Assembly: GCF_009914755.1 (NCBI RefSeq) | Contig: NC_060927.1 | DNA length: 64,000 bases | Direction: 5' to 3' (one strand) | Source of the DNA: the human T2T-CHM13v2.0 reference genome, Homo sapiens | In this document: one piece after another, positions 11,501 through 22,590 of the stretch | Position numbering within the stretch: position 1 is the stretch's first letter | How the letters are laid out: each line of letters starts with the position of its first letter | Program-made: the position numbers and the translations under genes | Notes under the pieces: model-generated | Database searches by the model: none | What the model was told of the DNA's origin: nothing | The model's input: only the letters and a program-made list of their open reading frames with translations

Positions 11501-14500
11501 ATTTGGAATTCCCCTGGGAGAATAAAATAGTCCTTATTTCAAAAAGAATTCAGGAAATTATTTGACGGCAAAGTGCTATGAGCCAACACTGCAACTGTGA
11601 TAATGACCACTTGCAATCAATTTATGGCAAGCTCACAAGAATTTGAAAATGCTGAGAGAAAAGAGCTCCTGAAACTCAGGTCTTTAGAAGTCCATGATAA
11701 AGTTTGGGCACACGTGGGATTTTTAAGTTCTAAATACACACACACACACACCCCCCTACAGAAAGGAGGAAAACAAAAATTCCTAGGTTGAAATGTCTCT
11801 AATCATCACTATTAGTTAACAACACTCACTATCGCATTATTTTTCTATTCTTGTCATGGCATTTCTCATAATTTCTCAGTGCCATTGGAACCATCAGTGT
11901 TTATCTTTAGGCTGACTCTGCATTCTACCTCTTCCCTCCAACCCCCAAACAAACTGAAGCAATGCCTCAATAGACCCACAGATTCCACTGCCAGCTCAGC
12001 ATGTAATTTAGCTGGGAGCAGGGATGAGGGAGTGATTTTATTTGACTGTTATACTAAAGTGAGAATACCCTTAATTTCTTGTTTTAATTTTTAACCTTTA
12101 GAAGTTGACTTATTCATTGTAATAATGGTAAGAAATAAAGTTAACATCATTTAACTTAATATATTTACTTCATCTTATTCCAAAAATTATTGGGGGCAAG
12201 TAGGCAAGCCATGTAAATTATAATTATTGATGTTTCTGCATATTTCTAGTTGGGGAAGAAGAGAGAATACTAATTTTTGATGATTTGATAGACATTTTTT
12301 ATAAATAATGTTTTAAGAAGTTTTCAAGGCTAGTCAACTTGTACCTTCTTTGGCTTTAGTTTTAATTTTTTAAAAAAATATCTCTGGGTTTTTTCTCCAT
12401 TCAGAAAAAAACACTGTATTTTGTTCTATAGACTAGAAATATTATATTCTGTCCTAGTTTTATAAGAGTAGCTGTCTTTAATTAATAGTCACTCATATCT
12501 TTATTTTCTGAGTAGTGCTCTCTAATTAATTAGTCATTCATATCTTTGTTTCCTCCTCAGAGTCAGACTTTACAGAAACATTCTAGGGGAGAAGGTCTCT
12601 TAATCATCTGTCTGGGAAAGAAGTTTTTTGGTGGGTAGTGGAAGAATTGCTTTTTTTCCTCTTGAGACTATTAAAACTTGGCAGCTAGAATTAGGTTGAG
12701 TGAATTTCTCAAATCCTTCATTTCCTGAAGGTTGGATTAAAATTCAGCAAATCTCAAACCCCATAAATTGGATTAAAATCTCGACAAACTACATTCTGCA
12801 CTTTAGATTTTATAAAGCACTTTCAAATACCTCCCTTCAAACTCCAAACAACCCACGATAAGGTAGGGCACGCATTATTATTCATATTATGTGTACATTA
12901 GGAAACTGAGACAAAGAAAGGAAAAGCATCTTCTCTGAAGTCGTATGATTAGTTAGTGGCAAAGTCTAGGCTAGAATAGGAATCAGCCTGGTCTTAGGCC
13001 TAAACTTGAGGGAAAAAGTAGACATGTAGATGGCATATTGCAGATATCACTGAGACCCCATCATGCTGCCTCTGATTTTTCTTCTTGGTTACTCTTTGAA
13101 ATCCTTTAGTGTATAGTGTTATTAGCAAAAAGGTTATTCTCTCTTTTAAGTGCTTGGAAAGTAAGGAAGAAATGGGGGCAGAGATGTTACTTGCATAATT
13201 CTCCTCACATCAAAATGAAATATACTGGCTCAGTGTTTTGAAAGGAACTTAAAATGTGAAACATGGTAATGAAATGAGCAAAATGTGGATCACAGTGACC
13301 ACTGAAAGCCATGATCCAGGCTCCAGATGGACATCTGGTATATAGCTAAAGAAAAAGACTGTGTGAGCAACAAAAGGGCCATATGTGAGTTAGCTGCCAA
13401 AGATTTTTTTTATTATTATTATTACTTTCCTTTGAGCTTTTGAGGTGATGATGCTTAATATTCAAGAAAGATGAAAATAAAAAGAGAGGAAGCAAACACC
13501 CAGCTCATTGGTGATTGGTAGAGTAATTGTGGGCATGGCCCCAGGATGATAGCAGCTTCTATTTAATCAATGTTGACAAGGCTGGGGAGAGCTGGGCAGG
13601 TCCCAAGAGGTAATGTTTTACTCGGAAATCCACTCAACCTAATTTCAGTAATGTAGGGCTGTGGAAGGGCCTGGACTGGAGCCAGAAAACAGGGCCATTA
13701 GAGCTCAGTGTAGGCAATGGCAGCTGGGAACATCGCCATCCCTCCAGCAGCATTGCAACCAGGCTGCCTGGCTGAGCGCACAAGCAGCCGCTGCTGCATA
13801 TGCTCCTGGTATTTGCTCACCAACAGAATGCATCGACATGCTATTCTCATCCTTTCAAGGAAATGAATGGAATGCATAAAGGCAAGAACTGCTTCCAAAC
13901 TCTATTTTAGCAAGAATCAGAGAGCAAGTTTGGCATACATCTTTCAAGGACCACTGTGAAATTGTCCACTTAATCCCCTGAATCCTTTAAGGCTACCATT
14001 ACATTGTTGTAAATACATGCAGAGATAACTTAGATCTTTATTGCTGTCTTAGTGTGGTTTTGATCTTTCTTAGGAATTGTGGTTGTGGATCAAGAATATG
14101 GAAACTACTATGGTTTTTCCTTTTTCAAAACTTCTGAGATTCATTCAAATTAGTCAGCTTTGCAAATCCAAGAGAAGTGACCCAGGACGAATTACGCTCC
14201 TTAGGGCTGAGTGCTTCTTATCTAGCTGTTCTTTCCTTTACCATTCTTTCTCCAATAAACAACACATTATTACAGTAATTTGCTAGCATATAAATTCCAA
14301 TAACTTAGAGGTTTTTGCTTTGTGTTTTCATGGCTGTGTCACCACTGCTATACTTGCAGTTCGTGGAACAGTGTATGGACATAGTAAGACATAATTTCTT
14401 TCACTGGATGAATAAATGAATGAATGAAAACATTTTCTTTCTTCCCTTTTGAAGGATCCTTGAGCTATCATGCATCAAGAATATATGAATTTACTTTCTA

Positions 14501-15092
14501 TGATGTTAACTTTCTCTTTTTAAGTTAACACAGAAATGACAAAATTCATGGAGGCTGCCAGTGAACGTGGTGGTAATCTCTAAGCTGTCTTTGGGCTTGG
14601 AAGAGCAATGTTTTTGTCAAGGCTAAAATGCCATGGCATGGGCAGGTTACAGCTTTCTATCAGATTCTAACATTATCTGTCCAAATGACTGAATATAATT
14701 TTTGAGACTAAATCGTGGCACAGCAAGAGTATTTAATCAACTTCATTAAATAATTTAATCAAGTTTTTGAGCCTCTAGCTTAAGCCTCTCATATAAATAA
14801 GGTTATTTACTCCTGAAAATATGACTATGTTCCATTTGAAAAATTTGTGTCTTGAAAAAACTTTTTTCCCCTAAAAGGAAAAAAAGCCTAAACTACTAAA
14901 ACTAAATTTAAAACTAAAACACATCATCGATTTTTGTTTATTGTTTTTTTTTTTAGACACATTCGGTTTTATAATAGAACTGGATTTGGGGGATTGATTT
15001 TGCCCTGGTAAAGATGGATTTGGGGAGAAGCCATCACTAGGTAGATAATAGTAATAGTCTTAGGAAATTCATTCAATGGTCACTACATAGAT

Positions 15093-15133
15093 ACACGTGT
15101 GCGCGTGCACACACACACACACATACACACATA
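15093..15133. repeat. (CA)n microsatellite with a purine-pyrimidine-alternating lead-in
   Basis: acacgtgtgcgcgtgcacacacacacacacatacacacata is directly visible. Confidence 0.85.
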
Positions 15134-15139
15134 CAGCCC

Positions 15140-15430
15140 GAGTGTCTTTGGCTGCTATAATAAAATACCATAAACTAGGTGGCTTATAAACAACAGACAA
15201 ATCCTGGTAAGGGCCAGCTTTCTCTGTACCTTGCTGTGTCCTCACATGGTAGAAGAGACTAGCTAGTTCTCTGTTGTGTCTTTCATAAAGACACTAATCC
15301 CAGTCATGAGTCCGCTACCCTCATGATTTAACCACCTCCCAAAGATTCCTACTCCTAATGCCGTCACCTTAGGGGGTTAGAATTTCAACATATGAATTTT
15401 GAAGGAACACAGACATTTAATGCATAATAC
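15140..15430 (-). mobile_element. MaLR LTR (MLT1A/MST-like), internally deleted
   Basis: gctgctataataaaataccataaactaggtggcttataaacaacaga ... aatttcaacatatgaatttt, a typical MLT1A antisense sequence. Confidence 0.8.
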
Positions 15431-16159
15431 TGTGACTCATTTTTGTTTTTCCTGTAATGTCTTAAACAAAATAACAGTACTAATATTAAGTTTTAATGTT
15501 TAATACAAGTAAAAGTACTATTCAGAGGCAAACTGAAAAAGAACAAGCATATTCTACGCTTCGCCTTGCTGGATTTCAGCCGTCACACTAGCACTTCCAG
15601 GCTTTCCTCATTTGCCAGCTCCAGGTCATTGCTTCTACTCACTTGTTCTATGTCACCTGGTGTTGAAAATCACACTTCAATCTTCTAGACTCTATAGCCT
15701 CTTCCTAAGTAATAACTGTCTCAGAGGGAGGTTGATCCGCTAGATGAGGAATGTGACTATTTACTCTAAATGGAACATGGTAATTGGAGTGACCAGCTGG
15801 CCCCAGCCATTCATTTGTCTTTGACACTCACCATGATGATCAAAGATTTTGCACAAAATACTAAAGATTACATATTAACTCATCTCTAGCATTTACAAAT
15901 CACATAATTAGTGCTGGAAAGTGCCAAGACCAGATTTTATACTACAGAAGACTTATCAGGATTCTTCCCTTCATTTTTAGCTGCTTTTAATGGTACAATT
16001 TTTAAACGTTGTAATCTTCAGACCTACATAGCTGTGGACCGGACTCCCTGCTTTAGTTATCACTCTGAACTTACCCATTCTTTTTGGGCAAAGGTAAAAC
16101 CAGGGAAAGCAACTAAAGTAAAATCTGCTGAGATAACTCTGTCCTACGTTGGAATTTAC

Positions 16160-16325
16160 AGTGTGGCCTTACGTAAACCATTCAGTCTCCCTGTGTTTCA
16201 GTTTCCCCAGCTGTGAAATGGGGTGATTAAGGTAGATGTGAGAATTAAATGCAATGATACAGGTACACTTCGCACTGTTCTGAGCACATAGTAAGAGCTC
16301 GAAAATGTTAACTATAGCTAAATAC
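16160..16325 (+). mobile_element. MIR
   Basis: tcagtttccccagctgtgaaatgggg...gtgagaattaaatg...gcacatagtaagagctc. Confidence 0.8.
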
Positions 16326-16944
16326 TTTATACAAAGGACCAGGGAAGTCACAATCCATAATTCTTTCCAGGCAGTTGTTTTAAGCTGCTGAATAGAACAG
16401 GTAAGAAAATGTAGATATAAACTAAACAGTCGACATTATTTATCACTGCAATGATTTATCTAGGGTTGACATCAGTGGGAGAATAAGCTAGCAATATCAA
16501 AATGTTCCCTCTGATATTCAGGCTTAAATGGAACTATTTATACAAAACTTGGATTCTGTTTATAATAAGTTCTGCTTTGTCAGAGGTTAAAACCTTTCCC
16601 AAACTCACATGCAGTCTCCTACCAAAAGTAGGGCTAGCTAGAGCAGGTGTATTGTCCACATCTGGCTATTGTTCCCTTATTTGGATGTAGAATTTTTAAA
16701 AAATGTTATCATGAGTTCTTAGTTTATCTCACTTTGGAAGCTGTAATAGATTGTTTCTTTACATTGTTTCCTCCATCCATATTTTATTTTCCTCTCCATA
16801 ATTTCTTGGTGGCCTATAAAACTTTCACTGCATCCATTGACTTGACCCACTTTTTTTTCTGCCAACTAGTCATCCCTTCGCTTAAAACAAAGCAAATATT
16901 TTGCTTAATATTCAATAATATCAAGTAAAAAATTACTTTAATCT

Positions 16945-16947
<3 letters not shown>

Positions 16948-16986
<39 letters not shown>

Positions 16987-17005
16987 GAGAGAGAGAGAGA
17001 GAGAG
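16948..17005. repeat. (TA)n(GA)n compound microsatellite
   Basis: Directly visible. Confidence 0.95.
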
Positions 17006-17483
17006 TTTTATATGTTCCAGCTAACTGACTAACATTTCCTTTTGTAGCCATCTAATCGAGCTTCATCAATTTTAATTTTACGGGTTTTATTTTATAATTT
17101 GGAGCCAACAATTTTTTAATCTCCAAAGTTGTATGGGTCACTAAAACCCTATGGACTCTAGCTACTTAGTTTCAGTGCCGAATTGCTAAAATGAGTTTGG
17201 CCACCTGATATAATCGGAAAAACTGAACAAATAGACCTGAGTTTTAGCTCTGGCTTGGTCATAAGCAAGTCATATGATTTAGGGAAAGTTCCTTTATGCA
17301 CCTAGACTTCAGTGTCATCACCTGTAAAATGAGGCTGTCCAGTCATTCCTTCACTCAAGAAATATTTACTGAGGTTCTTTCCTGAATGAGGTTATGTGCT
17401 GGACATGGGATTCAAGGTTGAGCTGAAGTAGGTACTGCTGTTACCCTTGAAGAGTTTATGGTTTAGTGACTGGATGATCTTAA

Positions 17484-17823
<340 letters not shown>

Positions 17824-19479
17824 TGAATTTTATTGTCTTTTAAAGGTATATTATGAAAGGCTTTAAGGAGAGCAAGGATTTTGCTTTTTTTTTTTTTTTT
17901 CTCAGTACCTAGAAGAATGCCTGGCACAGTGCAGGTGTCCAGTAACAACTTATTGAACAAATAAATTAATAAATATTTACATTTAAAATACTTTGAAGCA
18001 TTTGAGAAAATGAATATATATTGAGGCTCTCTCAATAGAGCTTCATAATTTCCTGTCATAATAAACAGATTTGTGCCAAATTTCGTCTTTTGTCCTAGGA
18101 CCAGGCAATGGATGACAAGAGAAAGTGGGAGAATTTGGGAGGATTTAGCTTGATTGTATTCCAACAAGGGAACAGAAAGTGTAGCTGCATCTCAGAACCA
18201 TCTGAATGTTCAAGTTTCTGTTTCTGCATTTTTGAGTTTTATTCCCTTTATTCAACAAACATGCAATTCTCACCTTTCCCAGTCTACTTCCCTTTTTCTC
18301 TCATTTCCTAATCTCCCTCTAAGCATACATAATAGCTCCCATGTCTTTATTTTGGAAGGAGAGATTTGAAGTCTTCTCTTGTTCCTATAACTACTATCTT
18401 TCTATATGTTTCTGGGTTGTGTAAATCAATATTATGTTTATTTTGCAGTTTGAAAAGGGCACTAAAAACATTGCTTCTTGGAACTGATAAGGATGGTAAA
18501 CTACCTTGGGCATACTTGTAATATCCAAAGGTTTGAGCAGGGCTAGGGAACCAAGCAAACTCTCCAAAAGAATTCCTAATTGTTTTAGAAGGACTTCACT
18601 GAAATAAATCTGGAATCTTTCTTCTGGTAGAAAATTAAATACCTCATTAGCACACCAAAATTTTTGTAATTCCTGAGGAATACTGCTGATGCATAGTGTA
18701 TTATAATGATCAGAATTGAGTTAGTTTCATGCAAAACTTGGATAGGTGCACTGTGTTCAACAGGTAATTACAGTCACTTTGGAAAGCTATAGCCTTAAAA
18801 AAATCTTATAAGTAGTAGTAGGTAGCATCACTAGAATAGCTATATTTTATGAATAGCTTATAGTGAGTTATGAACCCTATAAAATAAGTCAGACTTTAAA
18901 ACCCTGGTCAAAAGTGAGTATTATAAGGTAAAATTACCCATCGTAGCTGCTTACTTTATTTACCAGACTAGTCTAGTTAGATTCTAAAAACCTAACCTAT
19001 TTTCAAAAAATAAGCATTTCTGCTACTGAAGAGCTCTAAAAGAATGTTTTTTGATAGGTATTTCAGAGAAGAAATTCCATAAATTTGTTTAATAATGGTG
19101 GGTATAAATGTTCAGCTTCATCTGAATGTAAATATGTAGCTGGCTGATTTAAAAGAGACATACATTTTGATGAGCTCTTTTAATGGTCTCCTTAATGACC
19201 CCATTTCTCTAATCTCAACATCTATGTACAGTAAAACTATTTTATTTAGTATTCCTAGTTTAATCTCCTCAAAGCATAGCTGTATTATGTTCCTTGCTCA
19301 AGTGCTTTCAAGCTATGTCTGTTATCTTCTAATTAAACACAAATTTGTTAGCCTAACAAAATTACATGGACTCCAGTTTACCTTTCCAAGAATAATCAGC
19401 ACCTAGTAGTTGTTAAGAGGAGGACAAGCAATAACAATAGCTCCATTTTAAGACAGAGGCATCGTCAATATCAGGGATT

Positions 19480-20030
19480 GAGGAAAAAAAAAACAGTTAA
19501 TACAGTAGGCCTGGGACTGCTATCCTTAGAAAGGCTTGTTTGTAAAGTTGACCATTGGCTGGCATCTGGGATCTTGGATTTTGAGAAGATTCTCATCATT
19601 CCTTAACTGATAAGAGTGGTTCCAGGTGCCTAAAATCATAGTACAAACAATGTGGTTTATGCTGAACATCTATTTTTCTTCTGGGAGTCTGAATTTTGTA
19701 CCTGCTTGCTGGAGGGTGCCTACATGACCTATTACCAGTGCAAACTCACTCAGTTAAACTTCCCTAATAGATGACATCTTCCATGTGTTATGGTAATTTA
19801 TTGCTGAAAGAATTAAGCACATCCTGGGTGACTCCATGGGGAGAAGACTCTTAGAAATTTGTTTGGTTTCCTCCAAACTTTGCCCATGCGCAACTTTCAG
19901 CTTTGCTTATTTTGCTTTGTGTTTTTTCGCTGCAATAAATTTTAGTTATGAAGCAGACTGCATGCTGAGTCCCATGAGTCCTCCTAGCAAATCACTGAAC
20001 CTAGGGGTGGTCTTGGGGGACACTGACACA
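19480..20030 (+). mobile_element. MER68-like ERVL solo LTR
   Basis: ggcctgggactgctatccttagaaagg...ggctggcatctggg... ending ggggtggtcttgggggacactgacaca. Matches the remembered MER68 consensus. Confidence 0.75.
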
Positions 20031-21007
20031 GGGAGTTGATTGTTTGGCAACACAAGTTGTTTCAGAGCAAATGAATTCTTTTTCCACAAGCTAGCATATT
20101 AGTAAACTATCAGGGAGCATAAAATCAGTTGACTGAGTTCTGTCGGGAAACAAAGGGAAAATTTTTCTTCAAAAAGACATGATATCCTCCCTGTTAAGCA
20201 AAGCAGTACTTTCCCTATGGATAAGTGTATTCAGTTGGAATGTGCTTGGCTGCAAGAAACTGAAAACTATTATATTACAATGCTTTAAAGAGGCTAGTGA
20301 CTTGTTTCTGAGGGAAAGATATCTAGGAGTGGTACAGTCACTCAGTGATGATTTTTTCTTTTTGCTCCACCATCCTTAGTGTATAGTTTTTGTCTTCATG
20401 GTCACAAGGCAGCTGCTACAGTGCCATGTATTGTTTGATGTCCAAGTGATCAGGAATAGGAGAATGTGAAGGGCAAAACCCAACTCTGCCCTCTCTAGGG
20501 ACTTCAATTTCTATATAATTGACTAGCACTGTCCCACAGGAGCTGAAAATTCAACTACTTCACTTTTCAATACTGGAAATGAGTGGTAAGAAACTTGGAC
20601 TAGATGATCGATGGTCCACATAAATTATCTGTCACAATTCTTCTGACACTAATAGAACAGCAATACAAGATTGTCGTTGATTCCCTATGTGAAGATCCTG
20701 TATGTGGATACCTTGATTGTAAGGCTGAGAGATTAAAGACCATAGTAACTTTTGTTAAGTGGTCTCCTTGTCACTCACATACCTTTGCTCCTGAGTTCTT
20801 CCATAGGTGCCACTGAACAGCTTCCTTGAGGTAAACTCTTCTGAACTTGTAACCTACATTAACTGGGATATTAATAATCTCTTTTAATCTTAATGCTCTT
20901 ATGAAATGACATAAAAAGAAGAAATGCATTGCACTGTTGTATGAGCAGATAAGACAAAATACTAATTCTCTCCTTTTCCCCCCATCCTATCTTGTTTTCT
21001 TTCTCAG

Positions 21008-21096
21008 AAGCTGTAGATGAAACCAAACCTAAGGAAAGTGCCCGGCAGGACGAGGGTAAAGAAGAGGAACCTGAGGCTGACCAAGAACATGCCTGA
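21008..21096 (+). CDS. GAP43: GAP43 (neuromodulin/B-50) terminal coding exon
   Basis: After the acceptor CAG the sequence reads (G)AA GCT GTA GAT..., i.e. (E)[28 protein letters not shown], with TGA at 21094-21096. This is the GAP43 C-terminus as I recall it. The exon is too short to appear in the ORF track. Confidence 0.97.
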
Positions 21097-21311
21097 ACTC
21101 TAAGAAATGGCTTTCCACATCCCCACCCTCCCCTCTCCTGAGCCTGTCTCTCCCTACCCTCTTCTCAGCTCCACTCTGAAGTCCCTTCCTGTCCTGCTCA
21201 CGTCTGTGAGTCTGTCCTTTCCCACCCACTAGCCCTCTTTCTCTCTGTGTGGCAAACATTTAAAAAAAAAAAAAAAAAGCAGGAAAGATCCCAAGTCAAA
21301 CAGTGTGGCTT

Positions 21312-21460
21312 AAACATTTTTTGTTTCTTGGTGTTGTTATGGCAAGTTTTTGGTAATGATGATTCAATCATTTTGGGAAATTCTTGCACTGTATCCAAGT
21401 TATTTGATCTGGTGCGTGTGGCCCTGTGGGAGTCCACTTTCCTCTCTCTCTCTCTCTCTG
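21312..21460 (+). promoter_or_regulatory. U-rich and pyrimidine-rich mRNA stability/localisation elements of the GAP43 3'UTR
   Basis: U/GU-rich tract at 21317-21352 and GTCCACTTTCCT(CT)n at 21432-21459 are seen directly. HuD/ELAVL4 binding to a U-rich GAP43 3'UTR element is established. The exact footprint here is inferred. Confidence 0.7.
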
Positions 21461-21601
21461 TTCCAAGTGTGTGTGCAATGTTCCGTTCATCTGAGGAGTC
21501 CAAAATATCGAGTGAATTCAAAATCATTTTTGTTTTCCTCCTTTTCAATGTGATGGAATGAACAAAAAGGAAAAAATTCAAAAAACCCAGTTTGTTTTAA
21601 A

Positions 21602-21615
21602 AATAAATAAATAAA
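21602..21615 (+). terminator. Proximal poly(A) signal cluster (three overlapping AATAAA)
   Basis: AATAAATAAATAAA gives hexamers starting at 21602, 21606 and 21610. Confidence 0.8.
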
Positions 21616-21675
21616 GCAAATGTGCCAATTAGCGTAAACTTGCGGCTCTAAGGCTCCTTTTTCAACCCGAATATT

Positions 21676-21681
21676 AATAAA
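21676..21681 (+). terminator. Distal poly(A) signal
   Basis: AATAAA followed about 30 nt later by the GU/U-rich downstream element tgtgtttctgttct. Confidence 0.8.
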
Positions 21682-21849
21682 TCATGAGAGTAATCAAGGT
21701 CCAATGGCTCTGTGTTTCTGTTCTACCTTCTCATTAGTTGGTTGGACATGCTAGGGTCTTACATTTTCATCTTTTTCTTCTCTCAGTTTTACATCAGCAA
21801 CCCTGATAAAGAAAACACAGATGAAGCCTAAGGCTCTGGTCAAGACCAA

Positions 21850-22140
21850 TAGCTCCGGCCCTCGAGGGAGACATCTGTTGCAGGCCTGTCTCTTTGGCTT
21901 ATGGGTGGCTATCTTTTAACTGTGCCTCTTCACATCTTCCCTTTATGCCTGTCTTTGTGTCCAAATTTCCCCATTTTGTAAAGATACTAGTGATACTGAG
22001 TTGGGCCCACCCTAATGACCTCACTTTAACTTAATTGCCTCTGTCAAAGCCTCATTTTTAAATGAGGTCACATTCTGAGGTACTGGAGCTTAAGGCTTCA
22101 ACATATAAATTTGGGGGATAGGGCACAATTCAGCCCATAA
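21850..22140 (-). mobile_element. MaLR LTR fragment (MLT1B/C-like)
   Basis: gggcccaccctaatgacctcactttaactt...gaggtcacattctgaggtactgg...cacaattcagcccata. Confidence 0.8.
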
Positions 22141-22166
22141 GAGACACTAATTTATGACCAGTGTAT

Positions 22167-22343
22167 CCAACATGGTGAAACCCTATCTTTACAAAAAATA
22201 CAAAAACTTAGCCTGGCATGGTGGTGGGCGCCTGTAATCCCAGCCACTCGGGAGGCTGAGGCTGACATTGTGCCATTGCACTCCAGCCTGGGCTACTGAG
22301 AGAGACTCCATCTCAAAAACAAACAAACAAACAAACAAAAAAA
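22167..22343 (+). mobile_element. 5'-truncated, internally deleted Alu with a (CAAA)n tail
   Basis: Starts at ccaacatggtgaaaccc. The right arm jumps ggaggctgag|gctgacattg. Confidence 0.88.
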
Positions 22344-22460
22344 CACTAAGACTCACTCTTACTAAAATAACCTCAAGAGTATTTTCATTATGTAAGAGAA
22401 GTTTAGTTTATCCAGTGAAAAGTTATTCTAGGTTTTGCTAAGGTAAATATTACAAAGAGG

Positions 22461-22590
22461 AGCTGGGCGAGGTGGCACATGCCTGTAGTTCCAGCTACTT
22501 GGGAGGCTGAGGTGGGAAGATAACTCGAGCTCAGGAGTTAAAAAGTCCAGCCTAGGCAACCTAAAGTGACCCTGTCTATAAAAAATAAAT
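22461..22590 (+). mobile_element. FLAM-type Alu monomer
   Basis: Single Alu arm ending in an A-rich tail. Confidence 0.8.

Larger units (their letters stand above)
21097..21700 (+). other. GAP43: GAP43 3'UTR
   Basis: Runs from the stop codon to just past the distal AATAAA. Contains a CU-rich proximal part, A17, a U/GU-rich tract and GTCCACTTTCCT(CT)n. The exact cleavage site is inferred. Confidence 0.9.

Noticed and set aside
21029-21581. ORFs overlapping the GAP43 exon and 3'UTR on both strands
   Set aside because: They are by-products of low-complexity CT, A and T tracts. The real frame is the short 21008-21096 segment.
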